Assembly: GCA_963721525.1 (NCBI GenBank)
Contig: CAVRJL010000016.1
Coordinates: 22,781 to 86,780 of the forward strand
Origin: an uncultured Negativicutes bacterium
Lineage (GTDB): Bacteria > Bacillota > Negativicutes > JBAXTZ01
Reading direction: 5' to 3'
Length of the DNA: 64,000 bases
Both the position numbers and the translations under genes were made by a program. The stretch's first letter is position 1, and each line of letters starts with the position of its first letter. Under the pieces are notes generated by a model. That model was given only the letters and a program-made list of their open reading frames with translations, did not search any database and was not told where the DNA came from. Positions 29,234-39,902 of this stretch are shown here, piece by piece.

Positions 29234-30265
29234 ATGAATAAGAAAAAAAATATATTGATTTTGGCTATAGAAACAAGTTGTGATGAAACATGTGCTTCGG
29301 TCGTTGCAAATGGACGCAAAATATTATCAAATGTGATCTCATCACAAATTAATACGCATGCATTATATGGAGGAGTAGTACCTGAAATTGCTTCACGTAA
29401 GCATATCCAAATCATAACTTTTATAATAGATGAAGCTATAAATCAAGCCAAAGTAACATTAGATGATCTAGATGCCATTGCTGTAACTTATGGGCCAGGA
29501 CTTATTAGCTCATTATTAGTTGGAGTTTCTGTTGCCAAAGGTTTGAGTTTTGCAAAAAATAAACCGCTTATAGCAGTAAACCATATAGAAAGTCATATTT
29601 TTGCTGCTTTTTTAGAGTACGAAGATTTAACCCCTCCGTTTTTGTCTCTTATAGTATCAGGTGGACATACTTCATTGATTAAAGTATATAATTACAATAA
29701 ATTTGAAGTAGTAGGCCAAACAAGAGATGATGCTGCAGGGGAGATATTTGATAAGGTTGCACGCGTAATGAGCTTAGCCTACCCTGGCGGCCCTGAAATT
29801 GAAAAAAAAGCGAAAAACTGTTACAATATAACAATTAGCTTTCCTAAACCAAAATTTAAAAAGAATTGTAGGGAATATTCTAATAATTATGATTTCAGTT
29901 TTAGCGGAATAAAATCAGCAGTTATTAGTTTTTTTAGGAATAGAAATGAAAAAGAATTAAATATTAACGACGAAGAAATAGCGGCTGCTTTTCAACAAAC
30001 TGTTTGTGAATATTTAGCTGAAAATACTATGAAAGCAGCTATTGAGTTTAGTAGTACTAAATTAGTCTTAGCGGGAGGAGTAGCTTCTAATGAAAAATTA
30101 CGTAGTACAATAAAGAGCTTATGTAATAAAATGAATATAAAGTTATATATACCCACTCCTATTTTATGTACTGATAATGCTGCTATGGTTGCAGCACGTG
30201 CATATCGAAAATTTCTTTCAGAAGAATATGCAAATTTAGATTTAGATGCGAAATCAATTTTATAG
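29234..30265 (+). CDS. tsaD: tRNA N6-adenosine threonylcarbamoyltransferase TsaD
   Basis: ILAIETSCDETCASV, HIESHIFA and GGVASN. Start is placed at ATG 29234, just after the rimI stop; the track ORF extends upstream into rimI. Confidence 0.95.
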   Translation: MNKKKNILILAIETSCDETCASVVANGRKILSNVISSQINTHALYGGVVPEIASRKHIQIITFIIDEAINQAKVTLDDLDAIAVTYGPGLISSLLVGVSVAKGLSFAKNKPLIAVNHIESHIFAAFLEYEDLTPPFLSLIVSGGHTSLIKVYNYNKFEVVGQTRDDAAGEIFDKVARVMSLAYPGGPEIEKKAKNCYNITISFPKPKFKKNCREYSNNYDFSFSGIKSAVISFFRNRNEKELNINDEEIAAAFQQTVCEYLAENTMKAAIEFSSTKLVLAGGVASNEKLRSTIKSLCNKMNIKLYIPTPILCTDNAAMVAARAYRKFLSEEYANLDLDAKSIL

Positions 30266-30311
30266 ATTTTTATGATTGCAAAAATTATAATTATGTTTTT
30301 AGGAGTAATCT

Positions 30312-31850
30312 GTGTATAACAAAGAAAAAATTTTTATTATGGATTTTGGTGGTCAATATGCGCAATTGATAGCCCGGAGAATACGCGAATGCGGCGCATA
30401 TTCAGAAACAGTTTCATATAAAATAGATGTAAATAAAATAAAGGAGGAAAACCCAAAAGGAATTATTTTTTCTGGTGGTCCATTGAGCGTATATGCAGAA
30501 AATGCACCTAAATGTGATAAGAAATTGTTTAAAATAGGAATTCCTATTTTAGGTATTTGTTACGGTATGCAACTTATAGCGCATATGCTTGGAGGTCAAG
30601 TAGAACGCCCTAATTGTCGAGAATACGGAAATGCCTTAATTAATATTGATAAGAATGATAATTTATTTAAGGGAACGAATAAAAGCCAAACTGTATGGAT
30701 GAGTCATGGAGACCATATATCTATTGCACCAAAGGATTTTGTTATTAGTGCACAAACAGGCTCGACACCTATTGCTGCTTTTTCAAACTATAAAAAGAAA
30801 ATATATGGTGTTCAATTTCATCCTGAAGTTACGCATACTTCTTATGGTATGCATATTATTAAAAATTTTTTATTTGATATTTGTAAATGTGCTAATACTT
30901 GGAATTTAGGTAATTTTATTGATATTTATGTAAAAAAAATAAAAGCAAAAATAGGATCTAAACAACAAGCTATATGTGCTTTTTCAGGTGGAGTTGACTC
31001 TGCTGTTGCAGCAACATTAGTGCATAAAGCTATAGGAAGACAGCTGACATGTATATATGTTAATCATGGGTTTATGCGTAAAAATGAATCTGAAGAAGTA
31101 ATAAAAATTTTTCGCGACGAACTTAAAATAAATTTGATATATATCGATGCTACAAAAAGATTTATAGAAAAACTAAAAAATATAGTTGACCCTGAGAATA
31201 AACGTAAGCTAATAGGAAAAGAGTTTATAAAAATATTTGAAGAAGAAGCTAAAAAATTAGGACATATTAAATTTTTAGTGCAGGGAACTTTATATACTGA
31301 TATTATAGAAAGCGGAACAGGTATGGCAGCAGTAATTAAAAGCCATCATAATGTAGGTGGTTTGCCTAAAAATATAGATTTTAAACTCATAGAACCTCTT
31401 AAAGAATTGTTTAAGGACGAAGTACGCCTATTGGGAATAAAATTAGGACTATCTAAAGAAATAATAGATAGACAACCTTTTCCAGGACCAGGTTTAGCTA
31501 TACGTATAATTGGAGATGTTACAGTCGAACGCTTAGAAATTTTACGTGAAGCGGATGCTATTGTTCGCGAAGAATTGGAAAGAGCACATGAATATGTTAA
31601 TGTTTGGCAGGCTTTTGCTGTTTTACTTGTATCTCAAAGCGTTGGCGTAATGGGAGATAAGCGTATTTATGGATACACAATTTGTATACGTTCTGTATCA
31701 AGCGAAGATGGTATGACTGCTGATTGGTCACGTATTCCCTATGAAGTATTAGAAATTATGTCAAAAAGAATTGTAAATGAGGTGCATAGTGTTAATAGAG
31801 TTGTATATGATATTACATCTAAGCCACCTGCAACAATTGAGTGGGAATAA
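30312..31850 (+). CDS. guaA: GMP synthase (glutamine-hydrolysing)
   Basis: GATase ILGICYGMQ, the PP-loop SGGVDSAV and the C-terminal KPPATIEWE. Confidence 0.95.
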   Translation: MYNKEKIFIMDFGGQYAQLIARRIRECGAYSETVSYKIDVNKIKEENPKGIIFSGGPLSVYAENAPKCDKKLFKIGIPILGICYGMQLIAHMLGGQVERPNCREYGNALINIDKNDNLFKGTNKSQTVWMSHGDHISIAPKDFVISAQTGSTPIAAFSNYKKKIYGVQFHPEVTHTSYGMHIIKNFLFDICKCANTWNLGNFIDIYVKKIKAKIGSKQQAICAFSGGVDSAVAATLVHKAIGRQLTCIYVNHGFMRKNESEEVIKIFRDELKINLIYIDATKRFIEKLKNIVDPENKRKLIGKEFIKIFEEEAKKLGHIKFLVQGTLYTDIIESGTGMAAVIKSHHNVGGLPKNIDFKLIEPLKELFKDEVRLLGIKLGLSKEIIDRQPFPGPGLAIRIIGDVTVERLEILREADAIVREELERAHEYVNVWQAFAVLLVSQSVGVMGDKRIYGYTICIRSVSSEDGMTADWSRIPYEVLEIMSKRIVNEVHSVNRVVYDITSKPPATIEWE

Positions 31851-31874
31851 ATAAGGGGATATGAAAATCAGTAT

Positions 31875-32297
31875 ATAGTAAATGGACTAAATGTTTTAAA
31901 AGTAAAAAATACAGCTAAAATAGCACGGAGGATTATGATTTCTATTAAAAATGGTGGAAATAATTTAGGTATAAGTGTGAGATTAAAATTAGATTTACAA
32001 GAAGTTAAAGAAAATAATATTCTAAAAGAGAATATCAATTCAGATATCCAGAGAAAACTAGGAGGACTGGAAGAAGAAAATATAAGTGCTATTATGTATG
32101 AAAAGTACGGTCTGACTGGGGTAGCAGTATTAATAGAAGCTATAACTGATAATAGAAATATTACTGTTGCGGATATGCGCCATCTTTTTACAAAGTTTGG
32201 TGAAAAATTAGGCGAGATAGTTTGCGTAAATTGGATGTTTAAAAATAAAGGTCAATTTACTATTAAAAAAATAAAAAAATTGATGAAGATAAAATAA
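31875..32297 (+). pseudogene. yebC: Truncated, divergent YebC/PmpR-family gene
   Basis: The central part is colinear with YebC (YEKYGLTGVAVLIEAITDNRNITVADMRHLFTKFGEKLGE...VNWMFKNKG). The N-terminus is interrupted by TAG TAA and roughly the last 100 residues are missing. It has the classical position upstream of ruvC. Confidence 0.6.
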
Positions 32298-32453
32298 CTT
32301 GTCTTGTATATCTCTAGAAGTAGGAAAGGCATTTAAAAAAACAAGCTAGAATCAATTTAAACGAACATAATGATTTAAATTTGAAAGAAATAGTCTTTTT
32401 TAGTAAAACGATTAAGTAATAAATTTAATCTAAAAATTTAATTGGTAGGTGTT

Positions 32454-32951
32454 ATGTTGATTTTAGGAATTGATCCTGGTATGGCTATTTGTGGATATGG
32501 GTTAGTTTGTCAAAAAGCTAATAAATTATTGGCTGTTACTTATGGGGCGATCTCTACAAAATCTACATATTCAATGAGTAAACGTTTAAATATAATTTAT
32601 CATGAATTAGGACAGATAATTCATGAATATCGTCCGGATGCAGTTGCAGTTGAACAATTATTTTTCTCTAAAAACGTAAAAACAGCATTAAATGTTGGAC
32701 AAGCTAGAGGGGTGATAATGTTAGCTGTTGAAAGAATAGGGGAAATATCTATACTTGAATATACTCCATTACAAGTTAAGCAAGCAGTTGTAGGTTATGG
32801 TAACGCTGATAAGAAACAGGTAGCATTTATGATTATGAGAATTCTAAATATAAAAAAATGTCCAAAACCGGATGATGTTACGGATGCTTTAGCTTTAGCT
32901 ATTTGTGGTATAAATAGTTCTATTAATTGTTTGCGATGGAATAAAAAATGA
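32454..32951 (+). CDS. ruvC: Holliday junction resolvase RuvC
   Basis: ILGIDPG, AVEQLFF and the DVTDALALAIC catalytic motif. The track ORF begins at TTG 32442. Confidence 0.9.
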   Translation: MLILGIDPGMAICGYGLVCQKANKLLAVTYGAISTKSTYSMSKRLNIIYHELGQIIHEYRPDAVAVEQLFFSKNVKTALNVGQARGVIMLAVERIGEISILEYTPLQVKQAVVGYGNADKKQVAFMIMRILNIKKCPKPDDVTDALALAICGINSSINCLRWNKK

Positions 32952-33550
32952 TCGGATTTATACGCGGTATTGTGGATACAGTTTTTGACGAATATTGTTT
33001 TATGGACTGCAATGGAATAGGTTATAAAGTCTTTATACCAGCTTCCACAAAACTAAAAATAAAACAGGGTGATAATATTCGTTTATATACTTATTTTCAC
33101 GTACGTAAAGATGCTATGATTCTTTATGGTTTTTTAACAAAAGAGGAGTATGATTTATATTTATTATTAATTAGTATAAATGGGATAGGTGGGAAAGCTG
33201 CTGTAGCTATTTTATCTGCTTGCAGCGTAAATAATGTTCGATTAGCTATAATTAATAAAGATATTCTATTTTTCACAAAAATTGTAGGTATAGGTAAAAA
33301 AACAGCGGAAAGGATTATTTTAGAGTTAAAGGATAAAATAATAAATTTTGTTGATATTACAGATTTGTCAAAACAAAAATCTTCTGAAGTTAATAACCTG
33401 CACAGTGATCAAAATGAAATTATTCAAGCTCTTAAAGAATTAGGATATACTAAATTGGAAATTATGCAGGCAATGAAAAGGATATCCCAAAAGATAACAG
33501 GTAAAGAATTGATGAAAGCTGTGTTAAAAGAATGTGGAAAAAACCAATAA
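32948..33550 (+). CDS. ruvA: Holliday junction DNA helicase subunit RuvA
   Basis: MIGFIRG..., with HhH motifs INGIGGKAAVAIL and IVGIGKKTAERI. Confidence 0.9.
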   Translation: MIGFIRGIVDTVFDEYCFMDCNGIGYKVFIPASTKLKIKQGDNIRLYTYFHVRKDAMILYGFLTKEEYDLYLLLISINGIGGKAAVAILSACSVNNVRLAIINKDILFFTKIVGIGKKTAERIILELKDKIINFVDITDLSKQKSSEVNNLHSDQNEIIQALKELGYTKLEIMQAMKRISQKITGKELMKAVLKECGKNQ

Positions 33551-33630
33551 TAAAAAATAGATAATTTGTTAAAATAAATACAACATATGTATCAAATAAA
33601 AATATAAAGCCTATAGAATATGGAGACTAT

Positions 33631-34635
33631 ATGGAAAATAGAATAATAGCTTTAAATGAAGGGGAAGGAGATACTTGGCAATATTCTTTACGTCCAAAGC
33701 GTTTAAAAGAATATATAGGCCAACCCCAATTGAAAAGAAATCTTGAAATCTTTATTAAAGCTGCTTTAAATAGAAAAGAAACACTTGATCACGTATTATT
33801 ATATGGACAACCTGGACTTGGTAAAACTACATTAGCTGGAATTATAGCAAATGAATTAAATGTTAATATAAGAATAACTTCTGGTCCAGCAATTGAAAGG
33901 CCAGGAGATTTAGCTGCAATAATTACTAATCTCGGGGAATATGATGTATTATTTGTTGATGAAATTCATCGTTTAAGTAGAAGTGTAGAAGAGATTTTAT
34001 ATTCTGCTATGGAGGATTTTGTTCTAGATATTGTTATTGGTAAAGGGCCGAGCGCACGGACAATGCGCATTGATTTACCACCGTTTACTCTTGTGGGTGC
34101 AACAACAAAGGCAGGCGCATTATCAGCCCCTCTACGTGATCGTTTTGGCATAGTAGCTCGCCTTGAATATTATTCTTACCAAGACTTAATACATATAATT
34201 AATAGATCAGCTGACGTTTTACAAATAGATTTGGACACTCAAGGGACGAAAGTGTTAGCTAAACGTTCACGAGGAACTCCTCGCATCGCTAATAGGCTTC
34301 TCAAGCGTGTAAGAGATTTTGCTCAAGTAGAAGGGGAAGGAATAATAACAAAGAACATAGCAAATAAAGCTCTAACATTATTAGAAGTAGATGAGTTAGG
34401 ACTTGATCAAAATGATCGAAGATTATTAGAAACAGTTATGAAAAAATTTGAAGGTGGACCTGTTGGGTTGGATACTTTAGCTGCTTGTATAGGAGAGGAA
34501 GTAGAAACAATTGCGGATGTTGTTGAACCTTTTTTATTACAATTAGGCTTTATCCAAAGAACGCCGCGCGGTAGGATTACGACTCGCGCAGCATACGAAC
34601 ATTTGAAAATAAATTATATTAATAATAAATATTAG
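33631..34635 (+). CDS. ruvB: Holliday junction DNA helicase RuvB
   Basis: [12 protein letters not shown], Walker [12 protein letters not shown], Walker [10 protein letters not shown] and [16 protein letters not shown]. Confidence 0.95.
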   Translation: MENRIIALNEGEGDTWQYSLRPKRLKEYIGQPQLKRNLEIFIKAALNRKETLDHVLLYGQPGLGKTTLAGIIANELNVNIRITSGPAIERPGDLAAIITNLGEYDVLFVDEIHRLSRSVEEILYSAMEDFVLDIVIGKGPSARTMRIDLPPFTLVGATTKAGALSAPLRDRFGIVARLEYYSYQDLIHIINRSADVLQIDLDTQGTKVLAKRSRGTPRIANRLLKRVRDFAQVEGEGIITKNIANKALTLLEVDELGLDQNDRRLLETVMKKFEGGPVGLDTLAACIGEEVETIADVVEPFLLQLGFIQRTPRGRITTRAAYEHLKINYINNKY

Positions 34636-34900
34636 CAAAAAAATCTATTACCACCGGATATTATAAAAATTTATTTTTCAATTTAGTTTATATAATTAAT
34701 TATATAGGGATAATTATTTTGTATTTTTCTGTACTTTCTGTTACTGCTGTTTGCTCAAAAAACGTCCTTTTGTAATTATGTTTTGATCTTTTCACTTTTT
34801 TTGTAGCATAATAACCTCTAAATATTTAGTATTTTTAGAGCAAAGAAAAAGTTGTTAAAGAATCGGTAAACTTACTTTCTATTTAGAGGAAATTTAACTT

Positions 34901-36211
34901 ATGAGAATAATTAGGGTTCAATCTAATTTGAAAATTTTATTAGGTTTATCGTCAATAGAGTTTTGGGAGCGGTTCAGTTTTTATACTCTTTCTTATTTAT
35001 TACCATTTTATATGGTTGATAAAATTATAAATGGTGGAATGGGTTTTTCGGAAACAAGAGCACTGTTCTGGGTAGGGATTTATGGGTTTTGTGCATGGTC
35101 TTCTCCTGTACTTGGCGGAATTATTATTGATCGATATCTAGGACTTTTTAACTCTATTTTATTTGGTGGAATGTTAATTATTTGTGGACATTTAACTTTA
35201 TTTTTTATAAATGTTAATAACTTTCTAATGTTGTTTTTAGGCTTATTGTTAATATGTATCGGTACAGGCTTATTTAAGCCATCCATTACAGGATTAGTTG
35301 GACAAGTATATGACAATAGTCCTTTTTATCGAGAAAGAGCATATTCATTTTATTATTCGATTATTAATTTAGGCATATTATTAAGTGGTATGATAAATGG
35401 GTTAGTAGTAGCGAAACTTGGTTATAAATGGGGGTTTTCAATAGCAGGAATAGGTATGATTGTAGCGATGTTTTGGATTATAGTTCAATTTTCAGCATTT
35501 AGAGAAAAAATTTACTTTATCGATAAAGTAAATAAGCGTGAAACTATCTTAAAATCTCATAAAAATAAATCTTTCATTAGTAAAATAGTTTTACTTTTCA
35601 GTTATTTATGTTCTTGGCTATGGGCTTGCGGTTATTTTTTAGGTATAGGTGGGTTTATCATGTTTCTTATAAAACAATACACTAATCGGAGTATAGGTTT
35701 TTTTAAGATTCCAATTTTTTGGTTTCCATCGCTTAGTCCTTTGTTGTTAATATTATTTACTTTTATGCTTAACTTTATATGGAAAAGGCTAGACAATATT
35801 TATATGGAACCTTCGACCTTTCGTAAACTTGCTTTTGGGCAATTAATATGCGGTATAAATTTAGGTATATTAGTTATTTTATTGTTAAGTATAAAAAATA
35901 TTTCTCCAAACGCGCATATATTGAAACTCGATTTCTTTATTATTTTTTATATTATTGGAGTTATCGGAGAAATTTTAACATGTCCAATAAGTTATTCATT
36001 AATAAGTTCTGTAAGCAAAACAAAAAACATTGGTTTAAATCAAGCAGTTTGTTTTGCATGCTATGGTTTAGGCTCTATTACGGCGGGAAGTATAGCATCA
36101 TTATTTTATTTAAATTATTCTATAAACTGGATAGTATTTTTTATGATCTGTTCATTTATTACAGCTTTTTCAATGATTTATATTGAAAAAAAATTAAATT
36201 TACAGAATTAA
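34901..36211 (+). CDS. Proton-dependent oligopeptide transporter (POT/PTR2) family protein
   Basis: FWERFSFYTLSYLL and GGIIIDRYLG motifs with a multi-TM profile. Confidence 0.8.
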   Translation: MRIIRVQSNLKILLGLSSIEFWERFSFYTLSYLLPFYMVDKIINGGMGFSETRALFWVGIYGFCAWSSPVLGGIIIDRYLGLFNSILFGGMLIICGHLTLFFINVNNFLMLFLGLLLICIGTGLFKPSITGLVGQVYDNSPFYRERAYSFYYSIINLGILLSGMINGLVVAKLGYKWGFSIAGIGMIVAMFWIIVQFSAFREKIYFIDKVNKRETILKSHKNKSFISKIVLLFSYLCSWLWACGYFLGIGGFIMFLIKQYTNRSIGFFKIPIFWFPSLSPLLLILFTFMLNFIWKRLDNIYMEPSTFRKLAFGQLICGINLGILVILLLSIKNISPNAHILKLDFFIIFYIIGVIGEILTCPISYSLISSVSKTKNIGLNQAVCFACYGLGSITAGSIASLFYLNYSINWIVFFMICSFITAFSMIYIEKKLNLQN

Positions 36212-36641
36212 ATTAAGAACATTAAAGTGCAATATATATATATTTTTTTGCTTTTAACATTTATTTGAATAAAGAATTAATTCGTCGTTTAAATAAAGGA
36301 AAACAACTTATACAAGATGAAAAATTATTCCTTTATTTATACTGACAAAATTTGTTTGGCAAAAAACTTTTATTTTAAATATAAATTAAAATAAGTTACT
36401 GATTCTTCAATAAAAAATGTATGTTAGAAATTTATGACAACTTTATTGTAATTGTATTTTTAGTAAAAAAGGCAGTAGACTTTTTTAAAATTTATGATAC
36501 AACATATATGGGTTATGTCAAGAGTATCAATGAAAGAAGATTTTTAAGTAAGTATTGACGTGGAGAGTTTTGTGAGGATTCAAGGTAAAAAGTGGGAAGA
36601 AAGGAAGGTGATTCCAATGATAAATTTTATTTATAATGCTT

Positions 36642-37259
36642 CTAATCTAACAAATCCTTTATTACTTCTCCTGCAATTATTAATCCTGCTATTGCCGGAA
36701 GAAATGAAATGCTTCCAGGAGAAGTTTTTCCTGAAGATGATTTTATAAAGCATTTTTTTGGTGTTTCCGTTGAGTATACTACTTTTAAATTTTTAATATT
36801 TTTTTTACGTAGTTCCTTTCTTATTATTCTAGAGAAAGGACAATTTTGGGTTTCAAAAATATTTCCTATTTTAAATTTTGTAGGATCAAGTCTATTACCT
36901 ACTCCCATAGAATTTATAATAGGTATTTTTAAATCTATGGCATTATGTATTAAACACACTTTTGCTTTTATTGTATCTATAGCATCTATTATATAATTAC
37001 AATGGTGTAATAGCATGCTTTTTATATTAATAAACCATGATAGAGTATGTTCTACAAATATAAATCGGCAGATACATGCTACTTACGAAACAATTAATAT
37101 AAAGTTTCCTATGTCTGCCCGCGCTAACGATTCTACTGCGTATGAACCCACTCCCCCAATTCCGAATACACCAATAGTACTGGCTTGTAATTTTTGTAGC
37201 CCATTATTACCAATAAGAAGTTCAGTTCTAGAAAATTGATTTATAAAATTTTTATTCAT
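36642..37259 (-). pseudogene. tcdA: tRNA threonylcarbamoyladenosine dehydratase TcdA (ThiF/E1-like), disrupted by an internal inverted segment
   Basis: The minus-strand N-terminal part reads ...GVFGIGGVGSYAVESLARADIGNFILIVS*. The C-terminal ORF is MLLHHCNYIIDAIDTIKAK.... The missing NINRQIHA core is encoded on the plus strand at 37032-37092. Confidence 0.7.
37021..37103. repeat. 11-bp perfect inverted repeats flanking a 61-bp inverted coding segment
   Basis: TTTATATTAAT (37021-37031) and ATTAATATAAA (37093-37103). Confidence 0.85.
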
Positions 37260-38181
37260 TGTTTTGTTCTATATATTGTTCCACCATTTTTGCAGCTATA
37301 GCTCCATCTGATGTTGCTGTAACTATTTGTTTTAATAGTTTTTTTCGACAATCACCTGCGGTAAATATCCCATTTATATTTGTTTTTGTTGTTTCGTTAG
37401 CAATTATATATCCTTCTTCATCAATATTTAACAAATTAGAAAAAATTTCGGTGTTTGGTATCATACCAAGATAAATAAATATTCCTTCGGTATTATGAAT
37501 ACTTTTTTCGCCGGTAACAGTATTTTTTATTGTTATACTTTCTACAATTTCTGTACCATTGATTGATTCAATGACACTATTAAAACAAAAATTTATTTTC
37601 GGATTATTGAAAGCTCTATCTTGTAAAAACTTTGTAGCTCGTAACTTATTGCGACGGTGTACTATTGTTACTATTTGAGCAAATTTTGTAAGATTAAGAG
37701 CTTCTTGAATTGCTGAGTTCCCACCGCCTACAAAAACAATATTTTTTGCATTATTATAAAATGCGCTATCACAAATTGCACAATAAGATACTCCCATACC
37801 TCGAAATTCTTTTTCTCCAGGACAATTTAAGGTTCGAGCTCTAGCACCTGTAGCTATTATTATAGTTTTGGAATTAAAACTTTTGTTAGTTATAGTCTGA
37901 ACACTTTTAATTTTATTATCTAAAATTAATTTTGTAGCTTTTACAGTAATTTTTTGAATATTATCAAAATGCTTAATTTGATTTTCCATATAATTACTTA
38001 GACTATATCCTGAAATATTACCGGGGGTACCCGGATAGTTTTCAATGTTATTTGTAACAAGCATTTGTCCACCTATAGAACCTTGCTCAATTAATAATAT
38101 ATTTAATTTCGCTCTACCGCAATACAGGGCTGCAGTTATTCCTGCTGGTCCACCACCTATAATTATTGTATCATATATCAT
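37252..38181 (-). CDS. trxB: Thioredoxin-disulfide reductase
   Basis: IIIGGGPAGITAA, redox-active CAICD and the GGGNSAIQEA NADPH motif. Confidence 0.9.
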   Translation of the reverse strand: MIYDTIIIGGGPAGITAALYCGRAKLNILLIEQGSIGGQMLVTNNIENYPGTPGNISGYSLSNYMENQIKHFDNIQKITVKATKLILDNKIKSVQTITNKSFNSKTIIIATGARARTLNCPGEKEFRGMGVSYCAICDSAFYNNAKNIVFVGGGNSAIQEALNLTKFAQIVTIVHRRNKLRATKFLQDRAFNNPKINFCFNSVIESINGTEIVESITIKNTVTGEKSIHNTEGIFIYLGMIPNTEIFSNLLNIDEEGYIIANETTKTNINGIFTAGDCRKKLLKQIVTATSDGAIAAKMVEQYIEQNNE

Positions 38182-38486
38182 AGAAATCTCCTTAATAATG
38201 GTTAATAGAAATATTTATATAATTGCATAATATAAGGTAATTATAAAACAATATATAATATTACGCAATTTAAAATAAACGTAGTGAAATAACAAAAGCA
38301 TGTATGTTAAAGGATAGAACTTAAGAATGTACTTGTTATCCTAAATTTAGCAAAAAAATAAATTATATACATATATAAATAAAAAATTGTAATACGGGTA
38401 TAATAGTAAAAAATTCTTTTAAAATTACAACAATTTTAAAAGAGGAATCAACATCCTTAGATTAATTTTATTACTATAAAAAGCTC

Positions 38487-38515
38487 TTGCTTATTTATAC
38501 TTAATTTGATATAAT
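38487..38515 (+). promoter_or_regulatory. Promoter upstream of rplS with extended -10
   Basis: TTGCTT (38487-38492), a 17-nt spacer, then TGaTATAAT (38507-38515). Confidence 0.5.
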
Positions 38516-38593
38516 ACACAGTTGTTTATAAAGATGGTCCTATATATAAATTAAATACTTTGGTAAGAACATCTATGTTTCAGGAGGAGAAAA

Positions 38594-38941
38594 ATGAATT
38601 TAATTGAATTAATTAATCAGGATCAACTACGTTCGAATATTCCTGAATTTCGACCAGGGGATACTCTAAAGGTGATGGTCAAAATTGTTGAGGGAAGTCA
38701 CGAGCGTTTACAAGCTTTTGAAGGTGTTTGTATTAAACGTAATGGTGGAACAAGGATACAAGCAACATTTACTGTTCGAAGAATGACTTATGGAGTTGGA
38801 ATTGAGAGAACTTTTCCTCTTCATTCTCCTCGTATTGATAATATAAATATTATTCGTAGAGGTGTTGTTCGTCGAGCACGATTGTATTATTTACGTAATC
38901 TTACAGGAAAAGCAGCACGTATTCGTGAAAAAAGATCATAA
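38594..38941 (+). CDS. rplS: 50S ribosomal protein L19
   Basis: [28 protein letters not shown]...RRAKLYYLR-type sequence. Confidence 0.95.
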   Translation: MNLIELINQDQLRSNIPEFRPGDTLKVMVKIVEGSHERLQAFEGVCIKRNGGTRIQATFTVRRMTYGVGIERTFPLHSPRIDNINIIRRGVVRRARLYYLRNLTGKAARIREKRS

Positions 38942-38990
38942 CTATCCAAAAAGAGCCATATGGCTCTTTTTGGATAGTTATGATCTTTTT
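38929..38990. terminator. 62-bp perfect palindrome overlapping the rplS stop codon (probable bidirectional terminator)
   Basis: Arm 38929-38959 is the exact reverse complement of 38960-38990, centred on CATATG. Confidence 0.6.
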
Positions 38991-39091
38991 ATTGTTACGG
39001 TTAAAATTTAAAAAGAAAATAAATAATACTATATCAAGATAGAAATTAATTTTTATAGCTGTTGGGCAAAAAATCGACAAGTATAATTTAA

Positions 39092-39119
39092 TTGATCTTA
39101 AAATATTGATCTTAAAATA
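39092..39119. repeat. Perfect 14-bp tandem duplication (TTGATCTTAAAATA x2) upstream of uppS
   Basis: Copy 1 is 39092-39105 and copy 2 is 39106-39119. Confidence 0.9.
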
Positions 39120-39127
39120 AGGAATTT

Positions 39128-39889
39128 ATGTTTCAATTTTTTCAAAAAAGAAAAAATCCTGTCAATTTAAATATTAATAATTTAGATAAAAACAATCTTC
39201 CTAAACATATAGCAATAATTATGGACGGTAATGGGCGCTGGGCAAAAAAAAAAGGCCTAATTCGTTCTCAGGGACATAAGAAAGGTTCAGAGGTTTTACG
39301 TACTATTATAAAAACTTCTGCTGATTTAAAGATAAGAATGTTAACTGTATATGCTTTTTCTACCGAAAATTGGAAAAGACCCAAAAACGAAATAAATTTT
39401 TTGATGAATTTACTTTCCTATTATCTTGAAAATGAATTAAATGAATTAATAAAAAATAATATACAAATGAGGTTTATTGGTAATTTAGAAGTTTTAAAAG
39501 AAACAATCAAAAAGAAGTTAGAGACAAACACTAAGTTGTTATCAAAAAACACTGGACTGATTGTAAATGTTGCATTAAATTACGGTGGCCGTTCGGAAAT
39601 TATAAAAATAACAAAAGAATTAGTGAAAAAAGTTGTTTATGGTAAATTAAATCTTGACGATATCGATGAGCAAATATTTAATGAAAATTTATTTACTTTT
39701 CCATTATCTGATGTTGATTTATTAATAAGAACTGGCTCTAATTATAGAATAAGCAATTTTCTTTTATGGCAAATAGCTTATACAGAATTATATTTTTCAG
39801 ATTGTTTTTGGCCAGATTTTTCAGTTGAAAAATTTATTGAAGCAATAATAAATTATCAAACACGAGATCGTAGGTTTGGTGGATTATAA
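39128..39889 (+). CDS. uppS: Undecaprenyl diphosphate synthase
   Basis: HIAIIMDGNGRWA, FSTENWKRP and RTGSNYRISNFLLWQ. Confidence 0.9.
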   Translation: MFQFFQKRKNPVNLNINNLDKNNLPKHIAIIMDGNGRWAKKKGLIRSQGHKKGSEVLRTIIKTSADLKIRMLTVYAFSTENWKRPKNEINFLMNLLSYYLENELNELIKNNIQMRFIGNLEVLKETIKKKLETNTKLLSKNTGLIVNVALNYGGRSEIIKITKELVKKVVYGKLNLDDIDEQIFNENLFTFPLSDVDLLIRTGSNYRISNFLLWQIAYTELYFSDCFWPDFSVEKFIEAIINYQTRDRRFGGL

Positions 39890-39902
39890 TTTTGGAGGGA
39901 AA

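Noticed and set aside
37015-37239. The plus-strand 74-aa ORF as an independent gene.
   Set aside because: It is a composite. Its first part is the inverted tcdA core segment, and the rest is antisense to the tcdA N-terminal coding region.
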